From contig CAXXDV010000003.1 of NCBI GenBank assembly GCA_963674745.2, positions 1,216,001 to 1,280,000 of the forward strand: a stretch of DNA of 64,000 bases, in the 5' to 3' direction. Made by a program: the position numbers and the translations under genes. Positions 18,313-27,887 of this stretch are shown here, piece after piece. The stretch is from Desulfosudaceae bacterium. Its GTDB lineage: Bacteria; Desulfobacterota; Desulfobacteria; Desulfobacterales; Desulfosudaceae. Position 1 is the stretch's first letter; each line of letters opens with the position of its first letter. The notes below the pieces were generated by a model. The model was given only the letters and a program-made list of their open reading frames with translations, did no database searches and was not told the DNA's origin.

Positions 18313-19338
18313 CTACCGGCACCTGATCTGGCCGTGTACGATTGACGCGTCTTGAATGACACGGATTGACTCAAGCCCGAAGCGTTCTTTCAGGTGCTTG
18401 ATATTGTCGTTGCGCAGCCCTTTTAATCTGGAGACATCATGGGGATGAACAGCCAGGGTCAGTTGACTGGTATTCCCGGGGCTTTGGCTGATGAGCCGGA
18501 CGGCGTTTTCAAGGAAGATTTCCGAAAAGACCAGGTGCCCGAAAGCCGGGTGATAGGGGCCGGCCAGTACAACGGCGCTGTCATCCAGGTCTTCTGTTGG
18601 TTGAAGCCCCATGCGGATTACGGGTATGTCATGTCCTGCAAATATTCTGTACAACCGGGATACCAGCCGGACGGTCTCGTTCAGGCCGGCCGGTTTGTAT
18701 CGGCCTTTCTCGAACCACTGTGCCAGAATGCTGCCGGAGATGACGACGGCCGGATATATCCTGACAAAATCGGGCCCGGATGCGGCTATTGTTTCGGCTG
18801 TTTTTATCGACTGCGGGCCGCTATCGCCCGGTAGACCGGTCATGATCTGTGCCCCGGTTTCATAGCCTCGTTGTTTGAGCCTTTTAATGGCCTCATTACT
18901 TTGCCCGGCCGTGTGTCCACGCCGGCAAAGTGTTAAGACGGTATCATCCATTGACTGGACCCCCAGTTCAATGGTTTGTACGGAAAAGTCCGATATGATG
19001 TCCAACTTGTCGGGCGTGATGGTGTCCGGCCTAGTGGAGAAGCGGATCGTGTCGACCAGGCCCTCATGGACGCATTTTTGTGTTTCTTTCAGCAGGGCGA
19101 TGATGGTTTCCGGAGCCAGCCCCAGGAAATTGCCGCCGAAAAAAGCCAGTTGTACCGGCGTTCGCCGTCGATGATTATACAAACGGAACTGATCGATGAC
19201 GGGTCGGATATCGGCGGGGGAAGGTGGCTTGACGATGCCGGTAATGGCGGTCTGGTTGCAGAATATGCAACGATGCGGACAGCCGGCATGAGGAATAAAA
19301 AAAGGGATGACAAAGGGTTTGAGGGGCTTGCTATTCAT
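18313..19338 (-). CDS. Radical SAM protein (Elp3/HemN-like, often adjacent to rnc)
   Basis: IPFFIPHAGCPHRCIFCNQ (CX3CX2C), FFGGNF, RFSTRPD, IELGVQS, AGPYHPAF. Start placed at MNSKPLK. Confidence 0.88.
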   Translation of the reverse strand: MNSKPLKPFVIPFFIPHAGCPHRCIFCNQTAITGIVKPPSPADIRPVIDQFRLYNHRRRTPVQLAFFGGNFLGLAPETIIALLKETQKCVHEGLVDTIRFSTRPDTITPDKLDIISDFSVQTIELGVQSMDDTVLTLCRRGHTAGQSNEAIKRLKQRGYETGAQIMTGLPGDSGPQSIKTAETIAASGPDFVRIYPAVVISGSILAQWFEKGRYKPAGLNETVRLVSRLYRIFAGHDIPVIRMGLQPTEDLDDSAVVLAGPYHPAFGHLVFSEIFLENAVRLISQSPGNTSQLTLAVHPHDVSRLKGLRNDNIKHLKERFGLESIRVIQDASIVHGQIRCR

Positions 19339-20029
19339 TTTCGGCCGGGTTGTGAATCTGCTTGAGGGCGTTTTTAGCCGCCATCTGCTGTGCGGCCTGC
19401 TTGCTGCTGCCAAAGCCTTCCGCTTGAATGTCTCCCGCCGTTACCATGTAACGAAAGGTTTTTTCATGATCCGGGCCGAAGGACTCGATAATATCGTATA
19501 CCGGTGCGATCTTGAATTCCGCCTGGGTATATTCCTGCAGGCTGCTTTTAAAATCATAGCCGATGTCTGATACGGAAACCGTCTTTAAGTCCTTGTGAAA
19601 GAAACGGTTGACGACTTCGAGGGCCGCCTCCAGTCCGCCGTCAAGGTAAACCGCGCCCAGCAGGGCTTCAAAGGCATTGGCCAGAATAGAGTCTTTGTAG
19701 CGGCCCTGGGTCAACTCTTCGCCTTTGCCCAGTTGAAGAAAAGACCCCAGGGAAAATGTTTTGGCGTGGTCCGCCAGGCTCTGGTCATTGACCAGGCTGG
19801 CGCGGATTTTGGACAAGGTGCCTTCATTTACTTCCGGGTAATATGTCATCAACAGGTGGCTGATGCTAAGAGACAGGACAGCGTCACCGAGAAACTCCAG
19901 CCGTTCGTTATCTTCAATATCCGGTTGCTGCTGCTCGTTGACAAAGGACCTGTGGCGCAATGCCTGTTCGGCCAGGCGCTGATTTGAAAAAACATGACCG
20001 AGACTTTTTTCAAGTTCGCTGATATTCAT
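19331..20029 (-). CDS. rnc: Ribonuclease III
   Basis: NERLEFLGDAVL signature and dsRBD DFKSSLQEYTQ...GPDHEKTF...GSSKQAAQQMAA. Confidence 0.97.
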   Translation of the reverse strand: MNISELEKSLGHVFSNQRLAEQALRHRSFVNEQQQPDIEDNERLEFLGDAVLSLSISHLLMTYYPEVNEGTLSKIRASLVNDQSLADHAKTFSLGSFLQLGKGEELTQGRYKDSILANAFEALLGAVYLDGGLEAALEVVNRFFHKDLKTVSVSDIGYDFKSSLQEYTQAEFKIAPVYDIIESFGPDHEKTFRYMVTAGDIQAEGFGSSKQAAQQMAAKNALKQIHNPAENE

Positions 20030-20057
20030 AACCAATGCCGGAAAAGTTAAGTGATCT

Positions 20058-20933
20058 TCAACCGTTATAGGCTTTTATCTGTTCGTAAAGCTGATAATCC
20101 ACAAACAGGTCGCCGCGTCCTTTTCCCATTTGAATGTCGGGGTTTATGTCGCCGTGAAAATCGCTGCCACCGGTCACCAGAAGTCCGTGGCTGCGGGCAA
20201 AGTCTGAATACAGTCCGGTCTCCTGCCTGGAGTGCCCGGGGTAATATGCTTCGATACCCAGAATGCCCTGATCAATCAGGACGTCAAGCAATTCTTCCAG
20301 GCTGTGCTGCCCTGGCAGGTCAATTAGTCCGGGATGCGCCAGCACCGGAATGCCGCCGGCATCAGTAATCAATTCAATCGCCAGACGGCAGGAAATTCGT
20401 TCCTTGTCCACAAAAGCGCTGCCGTTTTTCCCGATATATTTGTCAAACACCTCATTGATTGAAGCGGCATAACCTTTATGCACCATGGCCTGGGCGATAT
20501 GGGGGCGTCCCGTCTGACTGCCTCTGGCAAACGGGGCGATGTCTTCTGTGCTAAGAGGGATGCCGATCTGGTTAAGCCGTTGGATAATTCTGGGGGAGCG
20601 GTCGTTCCTGGCAGCCCGGAGTTCGGCCAGATGATGGTTCAGCCGCGTGTTGTGGACATCGATGTCGTATCCCAGAATGTGAATACTGCCGGTGACGGTT
20701 ACGATTGATGGAAAGGCGGCACTAATCTCTACTCCGGTCAAAAAATCCAGGGCAGGGTGGGGAGATTGCGACAGTACTTTTTTGCATCCGTCGGTGGTAT
20801 CGTGATCGGTTATGGAAATAGCCGACAGCCCCGCCGCCAGGGCTGCGTCAATTATTTCCAAAGGCTCCAGCGTACCGTCTGAAGCAGTGGAGTGGATGTG
20901 AAGGTCAATAAAACGACGATCATTAAATCCCAA
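20058..20933 (-). CDS. PHP domain metal-dependent phosphoesterase (YciV/TrpH-like)
   Basis: IDLHIHSTASDG, ITDHDT, GRPHIA, VLAHP, TGGSDFHG. Confidence 0.9.
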   Translation of the reverse strand: MGFNDRRFIDLHIHSTASDGTLEPLEIIDAALAAGLSAISITDHDTTDGCKKVLSQSPHPALDFLTGVEISAAFPSIVTVTGSIHILGYDIDVHNTRLNHHLAELRAARNDRSPRIIQRLNQIGIPLSTEDIAPFARGSQTGRPHIAQAMVHKGYAASINEVFDKYIGKNGSAFVDKERISCRLAIELITDAGGIPVLAHPGLIDLPGQHSLEELLDVLIDQGILGIEAYYPGHSRQETGLYSDFARSHGLLVTGGSDFHGDINPDIQMGKGRGDLFVDYQLYEQIKAYNG

Positions 20934-21285
20934 GGATTTTCTCCATCTCCTCCTCTTTTTTCTTGCATTTGATGCAACGGGTCGTCACGGGCCGCGCTTT
21001 AAGCCGTTCCAAAGAGATGTCTTCCTCGCATATCTCACATTGGCCGAAAGTACCTTCTTCTATTCGATCCAGGGCGCCTCTTATTTTTTTGATCAGCTTG
21101 TGTTCCCTGTCCCGGATACGTAAAATAAAGTTTCTGTCGGATTCATGGGAAGCACGGTCTGTCGGGTCAGGAAATGACTCGTCTTCATTGGTCATGCCTG
21201 CCACCGTATCGTCCGCCTGAGACAACAATTCATTTAAACGGTTGGAAAGAAGCGTTTTGAAATATTCAATGTCCTTTTTTTTCAT
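20923..21285 (-). CDS. dksA: RNA polymerase-binding transcription factor DksA
   Basis: FPDPTDRASHESDR coiled-coil tip and Zn finger CEIC...RLKARPVTTRCIKC. Confidence 0.95.
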   Translation of the reverse strand: MKKKDIEYFKTLLSNRLNELLSQADDTVAGMTNEDESFPDPTDRASHESDRNFILRIRDREHKLIKKIRGALDRIEEGTFGQCEICEEDISLERLKARPVTTRCIKCKKKEEEMEKILGI

Positions 21286-21520
21286 AATAACCCGCACCCT
21301 TTTCGTTGATTGACAACTGCTAAAAAAAATTATTAAACAGAGATTTTTAACAAATTATTTTGTGGATGTAAAGCAGGAAATTGTTTTTTTAGCAACCAAA
21401 TGATGCTAAATTTAGATAATATTTTTTCTATCACGTTCAGATATCGAAACTTTTTATAAATAATATATCATTTTTTCAATATATTAGTAAAAGATTTCTC
21501 ATAATTTACATTAGGTTTTT

Positions 21521-22156
21521 ATGGCTGACCGAAATAACACGTCTCAACCGGAAACCTTGCCCGAAAAGCAGAGGACCTGTCGCCGATGTGGTACCTGCTG
21601 CCGGAAAGGTGGCCCATGCCTCCATTTGGAAGATCTGGAACTGGTTGAAAGCGGAAAACTTCCGATACACCATCTTTTTACAATTCGTAAGGGTGAACCT
21701 GCCCGGGACAATATTCGCAACCGTATCTGTTATGCCGGTGAAGACATCATAAAAATCAGAAGCAGGAAAGGGGTGACCGCCTGTCTGTTTTATAATTCAG
21801 CGGACCATGCCTGTGAGGCTTATTCCTTTCGGCCGCTGGAGTGCCGGGTTTTGAAATGCTGGGATAATACAGAGATAATAAATATTTACGAAAATCAGCG
21901 GTTAAGCCGTAAGGATATTCTGGACGGCAGCCCAAAACTGTGGGAGTTGGTGACGGTTCATCAGGAAACATGTGATTACGAAAATATCGGACAGGCGGTG
22001 AAAGAAAAGGATATGGATACTGTGGCATATCTGCTCAGTTATGACCGCGCCTACCGTGACCTGGTGGTTGAAAAAGGGCTTCTTGAGGCCGCTGTTCTTG
22101 ATTTTTTCTTTGGTTTGCCCTTGTCTGTCACCATAAAACGTTTTGGGGTTCAGTAA
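21521..22156 (+). CDS. YkgJ family cysteine cluster (Fe-S/Zn) protein
   Basis: CRRCGTCC, CLFY...C..Y..RPLECR. Confidence 0.8.
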   Translation: MADRNNTSQPETLPEKQRTCRRCGTCCRKGGPCLHLEDLELVESGKLPIHHLFTIRKGEPARDNIRNRICYAGEDIIKIRSRKGVTACLFYNSADHACEAYSFRPLECRVLKCWDNTEIINIYENQRLSRKDILDGSPKLWELVTVHQETCDYENIGQAVKEKDMDTVAYLLSYDRAYRDLVVEKGLLEAAVLDFFFGLPLSVTIKRFGVQ

Positions 22157-22210
22157 CCGTTTCCGATTTTCTCCGATCCTTTCCGGTTTGGTAATCACCT
22201 GATTTTTTTA

Positions 22211-22240
22211 TTGACAGGGATGTCCGGGCAAAGATATAAA
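22211..22240 (+). promoter_or_regulatory. Putative sigma70 promoter of the Ni/Co transporter operon
   Basis: TTGACA (22211) - 18 nt - TATAAA (22235). Confidence 0.5.
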
Positions 22241-22320
22241 AAAACTATCTGACAGCATGATAATATCGGGCTGAAGCCGAGGACGTCAGTAACATCAGGT
22301 ATTTTTTATTTTAACAATCG

Positions 22321-22368
22321 ACCACGAAGGCAATTGTATCTGCAGATACAGGTTCGTGGTTTTTTTTT
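22321..22368 (+). terminator. Intrinsic terminator-like hairpin within the operon leader (possible attenuator)
   Basis: ACCACGAA..TGTATC-TGCA-GATACA..TTCGTGGT followed by a T8 run, ending about 20 nt before the ATG. Confidence 0.6.
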
Positions 22369-22389
22369 GCATTGATAAGAGGTGACGGT

Positions 22390-23166
22390 ATGAAGATTCA
22401 ATGGAAGATGGCGCTGGTAATGGTATTGCTGGTGTTGGCGGTTTCCTGTCCGGCCGTCGCGCATTTTGGAATGGTTATTCCTTCGGATTCAATGGTAATG
22501 CAGGAAGATGTCCGCTCGGTAGATTTAACCCTGTCGTTTTCGCATCCGTTTGAAATGGTTGGAATGGAACTGGTCCGGCCAAAACGGTTCTGCGTGGTTC
22601 ATGATGGAAAAACCGAAGACCTGACGGCACAGTTAAAAGAGACCAAAGTGATGGGGCAAACTGCCTGGCAGGGATTATTTCAGGTCAAGCGGCCGGGGGC
22701 TTATACGTTTTTCATGGAACCCGTTCCATACTGGGAACCGGCCGAAGACTGCTTTATCATTCATTATACTAAAACAGTTGTAGCCGCCTTTGGCGATGAC
22801 GAGGGGTGGGACATGCCGGCCGGATTGAAGACGGAAATCGTGCCCCTGTCCAAGCCTTTCGGGCTTTATGCCGGAAACGTTTTCCAGGGAATGGTGCTTT
22901 TGGACGGCAAACCGGTTTCCGGAGCCGAAGTTGAAGTGGAGTATTATAATGAAGATAAGCAGGTGACGGCGCCGACGGACTACATGATTGCCCAGACGAT
23001 AAAAGCGGATCCCAACGGCGTGTTTACCTATGCCGTTCCGTCAGACGGCTGGTGGGGATTTGCCGCTTTGAACCCGGCGGATTATCAGATAGCGCACAAT
23101 GGTGACAACAAAGATGTGGAATTGGGCGCTGTTATCTGGGTGAGGTTTCATAAATGGCAAAAGTAA
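22390..23166 (+). CDS. DUF4198 periplasmic nickel/cobalt uptake protein (NikK-like)
   Basis: Signal peptide followed by AHFGMVIPS, FSHPFE, PYWEPAEDCFIIHYTK, GWWGFAAL. Confidence 0.85.
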   Translation: MKIQWKMALVMVLLVLAVSCPAVAHFGMVIPSDSMVMQEDVRSVDLTLSFSHPFEMVGMELVRPKRFCVVHDGKTEDLTAQLKETKVMGQTAWQGLFQVKRPGAYTFFMEPVPYWEPAEDCFIIHYTKTVVAAFGDDEGWDMPAGLKTEIVPLSKPFGLYAGNVFQGMVLLDGKPVSGAEVEVEYYNEDKQVTAPTDYMIAQTIKADPNGVFTYAVPSDGWWGFAALNPADYQIAHNGDNKDVELGAVIWVRFHKWQK

Positions 23167-23234
23167 CGGCATCTTGAACTTCTTTTTTTGCTGTTCGTAA
23201 TGAACTTTTCCGGTACTCAAAGGTGATGTAATAT

Positions 23235-23825
23235 ATGCATATTTCCGAAGGCATACTATCGTGGCAGGTGCTGACCGCCGGCGGCGCCGTGTCTTTAACC
23301 GGTACTGTTATCGGCATCAAGGCGCTGGACCAGGAGAAGGTGGCCAGGACGGGTATTCTTTCAGCGGCGTTTTTTGTGGCTTCCCTGATTCATATTCCCC
23401 TTGGTCCCGGCAGTGTTCATCTTATTTTAAACGGCCTGGTCGGTCTGCTGCTGGGGTGGGCGGCTTTTCCCGCCATCCTCGTCGCCCTGATGCTTCAGGC
23501 GATCATGTTTCAATTCGGTGGTATCACCACGCTGGGAGTGAATACGCTAATCATGGCCGTGCCGGCGGTTGTCTGTTATTATCTTTATAACTTTTTTTCC
23601 GGTAAACAGCTGATTCAGTCAGTGGCCGGGTTTGTTGCCGGTGTACTGGCCGTTTTTTTGAGTGCACTTCTGGCGGCGGCGGTTCTGGTGTTTTCCGAAA
23701 ACAGCTTCCGGGAAATGGCGGTCTTAATTGTAACCGCGCATGTACCGGTCATGATAATCGAGGGGCTGATTACCGGATTTGCCATTACTTTTTTGAAGAA
23801 AGTCAAACCGGATTTGTTGAAATAA
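23235..23825 (+). CDS. cbiM: Ni/Co ECF transporter S component (CbiM/NikM)
   Basis: N-terminal MHISEG metal-binding motif, FFVASLIHIP, SVHLILNGL, FGGITTLGVN. Confidence 0.92.
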   Translation: MHISEGILSWQVLTAGGAVSLTGTVIGIKALDQEKVARTGILSAAFFVASLIHIPLGPGSVHLILNGLVGLLLGWAAFPAILVALMLQAIMFQFGGITTLGVNTLIMAVPAVVCYYLYNFFSGKQLIQSVAGFVAGVLAVFLSALLAAAVLVFSENSFREMAVLIVTAHVPVMIIEGLITGFAITFLKKVKPDLLK

Positions 23826-23852
23826 ACAGCGCCAGCATGATTTTTTTGGAGA

Positions 23853-24551
23853 ATGCCTATGATTCGATCAAATCTGAAAGGTGCGGTCTTTGGGGGCCGA
23901 CAAAAGAAACGGATGACAAACATTGTTCTTTGGGCCTGGGTCCTGCTTTTTGCGGCGGCCACCATCGCTTCCGCACATCGGGTGATTGTTTTCGCCTGGA
24001 TTGAAGGCGATACGGTTTTTACCGAGAGCAAGTTTCCCGGCGGCGCGAACGTATCCAACGGGAAAATAACCGTGTTGGATGAGGCCGGTCAAGAGTTGCT
24101 GACCGGAAAAACGGATGAACAGGGCGCGTACTCTTTTTCCCTGACATCGCTCAAAAAACCGTCCGAGCTGAAAATCGTGTTGAATGCCGGCATGGGGCAT
24201 CAGGCATATTGGACCCTGACACGACAGGATGTCGGTCAGGCACTGGGAGCAGAAAGCGCTGCAGGCGCATCAGCAGTCGAGGCTGAAACAAACCTTAACC
24301 CGCCATCCGGTGGTCCGTCCCCGTCCTCTTTACCTCCCCCGGAAGATAATACGCCCTGTCGGCTGAATGATGCCGAGTTAAGACAGATCGTGGAAGCGGC
24401 GGTTGATCGAAAGCTGTCACCGGTTATGGACATGCTGGTTGCAATTCGTGAAGAAGCGGCCATCGGTCTTGACGATGTGGTTGCGGGTTTAGGTTATATT
24501 TTCGGGTTAACCGGGGTCCTGGCCTGGTTTTATTCCCGGAAAAAAGGATAA
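23853..24551 (+). CDS. CbiL/NikL-like accessory membrane-anchored protein (start may be 23913)
   Basis: AHRVIVFAW, GKTDEQGAYSF, NAGMGH and a C-terminal TM segment GLGYIFGLTG. Confidence 0.75.
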   Translation: MPMIRSNLKGAVFGGRQKKRMTNIVLWAWVLLFAAATIASAHRVIVFAWIEGDTVFTESKFPGGANVSNGKITVLDEAGQELLTGKTDEQGAYSFSLTSLKKPSELKIVLNAGMGHQAYWTLTRQDVGQALGAESAAGASAVEAETNLNPPSGGPSPSSLPPPEDNTPCRLNDAELRQIVEAAVDRKLSPVMDMLVAIREEAAIGLDDVVAGLGYIFGLTGVLAWFYSRKKG

Positions 24552-24556
24552 TCGCT

Positions 24557-25306
24557 ATGATCAGTGAACCGTTTGTGTCCGGCAACTCGGTACTGCACCG
24601 GACAGACCCCAGAATCCGTCTGGTGGTAGCGGTTTTGTTCTCCTGCACGGTAGCTGTCTGTTTTGACTTCTCTGCTCTTTTGACCGCTCTGGGTGCGGCT
24701 TTGATACTGGTTCTTCTGGCCCGGTTGAATCCCGTCAAGCTCTTAAAACGGCTTTTTCTGGTCAACGGTTTTGTCCTGATGCTCTGGTTGTTTCTGCCCT
24801 GGACTTACAGCGGTGACGCAATTTTTTCAATCAGGGGACTGGACATAACCCGGCAGGGGGTCATGCTGGCAACGGTTCTGACCATTAAATGTAATGTGAT
24901 CATTTTGTTGCTGATTACGATGGTGTCAACCATGTCGTTTGTGACCATGGGGCATGCCTTGCACCGATTGCGGATACCGGATAAATTTGTGGCCCTTTTT
25001 GTATTAACCTATCGGTATATTTTTGTCATTGAACAGGAATATCAAAGAATCATCCGGGCGTTGAAAATAAGAGGATTTATACCCCGTACAAACCTGCATA
25101 CCTATAAAACCTATGCTTATATCGTCGGTATGCTGTTTGTGCTGGCAACCGAAAGGGCGGAAAGGGTTTATTTCGCCATGCGGTGCCGGGGGTACAGCGG
25201 TCGTTTCTATAGTCTGTCCGAATTGCGCTCCTCTCCGGGCAGTATGGTTTTTCTGCTGGTAATGATCGCTGTTATGATCGGTATCGGCTATCTGGAATGG
25301 GGATAA
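24557..25306 (+). CDS. cbiQ: ECF transporter T component (CbiQ/NikQ)
   Basis: LHRTDPRIRL, TYRYIFVI, ALKIRGF, RAERVYFAMRCRGY. Confidence 0.92.
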   Translation: MISEPFVSGNSVLHRTDPRIRLVVAVLFSCTVAVCFDFSALLTALGAALILVLLARLNPVKLLKRLFLVNGFVLMLWLFLPWTYSGDAIFSIRGLDITRQGVMLATVLTIKCNVIILLLITMVSTMSFVTMGHALHRLRIPDKFVALFVLTYRYIFVIEQEYQRIIRALKIRGFIPRTNLHTYKTYAYIVGMLFVLATERAERVYFAMRCRGYSGRFYSLSELRSSPGSMVFLLVMIAVMIGIGYLEWG

Positions 25307-25307
25307 C

Positions 25308-26036
25308 ATGTCTGAGCAAAAACAACTTTTAATTGAGATGGCAGGTATCGATTTTTCTTATCCCGGTGCCGGCCGGGTTTTTAATGGGCTTGATTTTGCG
25401 TTCCACCAGGGGGATCGCGTCGGTCTTTTGGCGCCCAACGGCAGTGGAAAGACAACGTTTTTTCATATGATCATGGGGCTTATCAAACCGGACAAGGGAA
25501 ATATGAGGCTTTTTGGAGAACCCGTCTGCCGGGAAAAAGACTTTGTCCGTATTCGTCAACGTGTCGGGCTGCTGTTTCAGGACGCCGATGATCAGCTCTT
25601 TTGTCCAACCGTACTTGAAGATGTCGCTTTCGGTCCCCTGAACATGGGCAAGCGTAAATCAGAAGCCGTTGCCATTGCCCGTAAATTTTTAGATTTTTTA
25701 GGACTTGCCGGTTATGAAGATAAAATCACCTTTCATCTGTCCGGGGGGGAAAAGCGCCTGGTCTCTCTGGCGGCTGTCCTGGCCATGGAGCCGGAGGTGC
25801 TGCTGCTCGACGAACCGCTGACCGGCCTGGATATCCGGACACGCAAAGCGATCCATGATATTCTACAGGATATTGATCTTTCATATATTATCATTTCACA
25901 TAACATTGAATTTCTGGCCGCAACGACAAGCAGTATTTATACACTTGAAGACGGGAAACTCATCATCGATTCAGAAATTCACCATCACCGTCATGAACAT
26001 GCCCATATGTTCGGTGACCTTCCCCATCAACACTAG
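25308..26036 (+). CDS. cbiO: ECF transporter ATPase (CbiO/NikO) with His-rich tail
   Basis: PNGSGKTT, FQDADDQLFCPTVLEDVAFGP, LSGGEKR and C-terminal HHHRHEHAH...HQH. Confidence 0.9.
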   Translation: MSEQKQLLIEMAGIDFSYPGAGRVFNGLDFAFHQGDRVGLLAPNGSGKTTFFHMIMGLIKPDKGNMRLFGEPVCREKDFVRIRQRVGLLFQDADDQLFCPTVLEDVAFGPLNMGKRKSEAVAIARKFLDFLGLAGYEDKITFHLSGGEKRLVSLAAVLAMEPEVLLLDEPLTGLDIRTRKAIHDILQDIDLSYIIISHNIEFLAATTSSIYTLEDGKLIIDSEIHHHRHEHAHMFGDLPHQH

Positions 26037-26526
26037 CCCGAATATTTCACCCTTCTTACACGCCTTGACCCCGAACCGGAATTTAAATTTTTGAGATGCC
26101 CTAGTCCGAATGTCTTATTCTGTTTCCAGTATATAAGTAATTAAAAACATTAAAAATAGACGTTGCGCTGCATGTTTTAAAAACAACCCGCCGAAAGCGG
26201 ACGCGTTTCTTGAGATATGTGGCGTATTAATCTTGAATTTTTTATTTTCTCTTGTTCAGATGCAGGTCAGCACGAATCAATTCCTAAAAACGCTTCAGGG
26301 ATAAAAACTGTTAAAAAAAGTTGATTTTTTTATATTGAAGTGTTAAAAAATTTTGTGGATAGGGGGTGCCGTTATAATCCGGAAAGATGTGTCGGGCCTA
26401 ATTCCAGCCAAAAACAATGTTTCCGGTAATTAACGGTAGTATAAACTGCCCGCGTTGAAGACACTCGTTTGAACAGGGTTGACACTCAACGCGGCAGGAA
26501 AAGTGTGACTGTAAAAGGAGGTAGCT

Positions 26527-26727
26527 TTGGCAGACGGAGTTGTTAAATGGTTTAATGAGAAAAAAGGGTTTGGGTTTATTGCGGTTGATGAAAGCAATGA
26601 TGTATTTGTTCATTACTCCGCAATCAGTATGCCGGGTTTCAAAACATTATTGGAGGGAGACCGGGTTACTTTTGACATTGAGGACACTGACAGAGGGCCT
26701 GCGGCCCGGAATGTCATGAGGGCCTGA
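26527..26727 (+). CDS. Cold-shock protein (CspA family), TTG start
   Basis: [29 protein letters not shown]. Strong RBS AAGGAGGT. Confidence 0.95.
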   Translation: MADGVVKWFNEKKGFGFIAVDESNDVFVHYSAISMPGFKTLLEGDRVTFDIEDTDRGPAARNVMRA

Positions 26728-26753
26728 TTTTTTTATTTTGATGTTTGTAATTG

Positions 26754-26802
26754 AAAAAGGCATTTCATCTACCTGACCATCTTCATTATGGAATGCCTTT
26801 TT
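26754..26802 (+). terminator. Putative terminator hairpin after the csp gene
   Basis: AAAAAGGCATTTCA ... TGGAATGCCTTTTT. Confidence 0.55.
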
Positions 26803-26936
26803 CATTCTCTGTGTTTGTCAAGCGGGTTTTATCGCAATTAATAATGAGGCCAGTAACCTGTGTTACTTTAACTGACGACAGGTCGGGCTCGGTGAAAACA
26901 TTGTCTGACCGGTTCAAGCCAATCGAAAGGATGCCA

Positions 26937-27851
26937 ATGAAGAAAAAAGGTGTAATATTATTATTGTGCTCAATAATATTGTGTGTTTCCGCCTGTTCAA
27001 TCTTCTGGTCGACGCCGGAACCGCTCATAAACAACACCATGGATATGGCGTTTGTGTATATCCCGCCGGGTTCGTTTATTATGGGTAGTCCCCCTTATGC
27101 CGCCGTCCGCTTTGATGATGAAACCGAACATAGAGCGGAAATCAGCAAAGGCTTTTATATACAGATGACGGAAGTGACACAGGGCCAATGGAAGGCCGTT
27201 ATGGGGGATAATCCCTCGTTGTTTAATTTTCAAAAAAAGGGAGATGATTATCCGGTGGATAATGTCTCCTGGAATGATGCCCAGGCTTTTATCGAAAAAT
27301 TGAACGCGGCCGAAAGCGGTCAGAAATACCGATTGCCCACCGAGACCGAGTGGGAGTATGTCTGTCGACTGGGCTCGGACAGAGGGCCCTTTGCCGATGC
27401 GGTCATGATTTCGGATATCAGTCGAATAATCAAGCACGGGATCAAAATCGTCACCTTTGATCTGTTTACCACCGGTGACTGCCTGTCAACGGATCATGCC
27501 AATTATAACGGCAATTATCCGCTGCTCGGTTGTGATAAAGGTGTTTTCCGCGAGATAACCATGCCGGTTAAAAGCTTTCCTCCGAACAAGCTGGGGGTTT
27601 ATGATATGCATGGGAATGTCAATGAATGGTGTCAGGATACTTATGGCAAATATGACGTAAGACACAAAACATTTCCGATGTACAAGATTAAGGATTCAAC
27701 CGGCTCGGAAAGTGGAAAATACAAGGTCTACCGGGGTGGCAGCTGGGTATCGAGCGCGAAATATTGCCGCTGCGCCTACCGGGGACGCGAAGCCGCTGAT
27801 TTTAAAAATGAAACCTTAGGTTTCCGGTTGGTAAAAATGGTTAATGAGTAG
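26937..27851 (+). CDS. Formylglycine-generating enzyme (FGE/SUMF1-like) domain lipoprotein
   Basis: Lipobox VSAC, IPPGSFIMGS, TEVTQGQW, YRLPTETEWEY, YDMHGNVNEWC, RGGSW, GFRLV. Start placed at MKKKG. Confidence 0.88.
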   Translation: MKKKGVILLLCSIILCVSACSIFWSTPEPLINNTMDMAFVYIPPGSFIMGSPPYAAVRFDDETEHRAEISKGFYIQMTEVTQGQWKAVMGDNPSLFNFQKKGDDYPVDNVSWNDAQAFIEKLNAAESGQKYRLPTETEWEYVCRLGSDRGPFADAVMISDISRIIKHGIKIVTFDLFTTGDCLSTDHANYNGNYPLLGCDKGVFREITMPVKSFPPNKLGVYDMHGNVNEWCQDTYGKYDVRHKTFPMYKIKDSTGSESGKYKVYRGGSWVSSAKYCRCAYRGREAADFKNETLGFRLVKMVNE

Positions 27852-27887
27852 TCTTGCGCGGTAAACATTTGAAGGAGGAATTTCTTC

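Noticed and set aside
22245..22389. Cobalamin riboswitch
   Set aside because: The leader is short and I cannot find the conserved GGGAA/GCCACTG B12-box elements.
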